Part shown: positions 62,713-64,000 of the stretch, piece after piece
Position numbering within the stretch: the stretch's first letter is position 1
How the letters are laid out: each line of letters starts with the position of its first letter
NCBI GenBank assembly: GCA_963745035.1
Contig: CAVUVW010000027.1
Coordinates: 1-64,000, forward strand
Direction: 5' to 3'
From: an uncultured delta proteobacterium
GTDB lineage: Bacteria; Desulfobacterota; Binatia; UBA9968
DNA length: 64,000 nucleotides
The notes under the pieces: model-generated
What the model saw: only the letters and a program-made list of their open reading frames with translations
Told to the model about the DNA's origin: nothing
Databases searched by the model: none
Made by a program: the position numbers and the translations under genes

Positions 62713-62949
62713 ACGAAGTTGCCTGCAAGTCATAGAGTGGTTTTTCTAAGTTGGCGATAATCGGAGTTTTATTTCTTTCGCCCAAGCCGGCGGCGGTGCG
62801 CTCCCGCTCTTCGGCCGACATTTTCGACCCAGAACCTGACAAATTTGTATATCCCGTCCCAGGTAGCCCGTTGACACACCCGCGTGGCATTCGATAATCT
62901 CCGTCGCGTCATCGCTCATGAGCAGCCTGGCGCTCAAACGGAGGCAAAC

Positions 62950-64000
62950 ATGAAAAAGTCCCAAGGTTTCTTTCTGGCGACGGCGGCCTTCGCCGCCGCG
63001 ACATTGCTCTTGGTATCGTCAGCCCCGTTGAGCAGCCAACAGGGCGCGACGGTGAACATCGACAACGACGACATCGGTGGCGTGGTGAGCAGCGCCAAAG
63101 GGCCGGAGGCGGGGGTCTGGGTTATCGCCGAGACCAGCGATTTGCCGACCCGGTTCGCGAGGATGGTGGTTACCGATGATCGGGGCCGCTACGTGCTGCC
63201 GGATTTGCCGAAAGCCAGTTACAGCGTATGGGTGCGCGGCTACGGACTGGTCGATTCGCCGAAGGTCAAAGCGACGCCCGGCAAGAACCTCAATTTGAAA
63301 GCGGTGGTCGCGCCGAACGATGCCGCCGCGGCGCACTACTATCCGGCGATCTATTGGTATTCGATGCTGAAGATTCCCGACGGGAGCGAGTTCGGCGGCA
63401 AGGGAAAAATTCCCGCGAAGATAACGCAGAATCGAATGGGTGGATTCGATGAAAGACAATGGCTGCGTCAACTGCCATCAGCTTGGGACAGCTCGCCACG
63501 CGTACTTTCCCGAAAAACGTTCCGCATCCGCTTAACGATTTCAAGACTTCTGAGGAAGCCTGGTTTCGCCGAATCCAGTCCGGCCAGGGCGGCGAAACAA
63601 TGTTTAATCTTGCCGTCAACGAACTTGGTGCAGCTCCATTGCGCTATTTTGCCGATTGGACCGACCGCATCGCCAAAGGCGAGTTGCCTCACGCCAAGCC
63701 GCCGCGACCGCAAGGAGTCGAACGTAACATAGTCGTCACGACTTGGGACTGGCTTGACGATAAGCATTATCTGCACGACCTGATCGCTTCGGACCGGCGC
63801 TATCCAACGGTAAATGCCTACGGACCGCTTTATGGCTCTACGGAGCACAGCACGGACTTCATGCCGGTTCTCGACCCCAAGAAACATAACGCCGTCAACA
63901 TCGTTGCCCCGGTCCGGGATGCCAATACGCCTGATGGCGATCGGGGCCGGTTATGCGGCTAGCGATAAAATTATGCAACCGTCGCCTTACTGGGGCACTG
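62950..64000 (+). CDS. Secreted carboxypeptidase-regulatory-like domain protein with a CXXCH motif (frameshifted, runs out of window)
   Basis: Signal peptide, GPEAGVWVIAE, TDDRGRY, VRGYGLVDS; GCVNCHQLG in an intermediate frame. Confidence 0.8.

Overview
Bacterial chromosomal window, roughly 60% GC by eye. The gene content (TRAP/TTT/ABC transporters, LLM, VOC, UbiD, amidohydrolases, sigma-54 systems) resembles Candidatus Binatia or other Deltaproteobacteria-like lineages; this is an inference. About 20 genes, including glnS, carry single-base frameshifts, most simply explained as long-read assembly errors. Layout from left to right: (1) AddAB-like nuclease/helicase pair, small regulators and a tyrosine integrase next to tRNA-Glu(CTC) and tRNA-Gln(CTG), then divergent gltX and glnS; (2) a lower-GC block (SDR, FadL, class II aldolase-like protein, sensor half of a membrane histidine kinase) joined to a sigma-54 signalling cluster that includes an apparently inactive REC-AAA-HisKA protein; (3) a probable N-heterocycle salvage/catabolism region (pyrR, pyrE, amidohydrolases, amidase, Mo-hydroxylase, cyclic amidohydrolase, ABC, UbiD, TRAP); (4) a cupin / IspH-like / atypical ferredoxin / AhpD-like operon with an in-frame UGA at the CxxC position and a SECIS-like hairpin; (5) an orphan integron cassette with a clean 60-bp attC; (6) LLM, DUF4398-like, DegT, heme beta-propeller, hydrolase and carboxyltransferase genes. 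The best candidates for novel systems are the IspH-like/selenoprotein operon and the lower-GC enzyme-plus-sensor cassette. All assignments come from reading motifs by eye; no searches were run.
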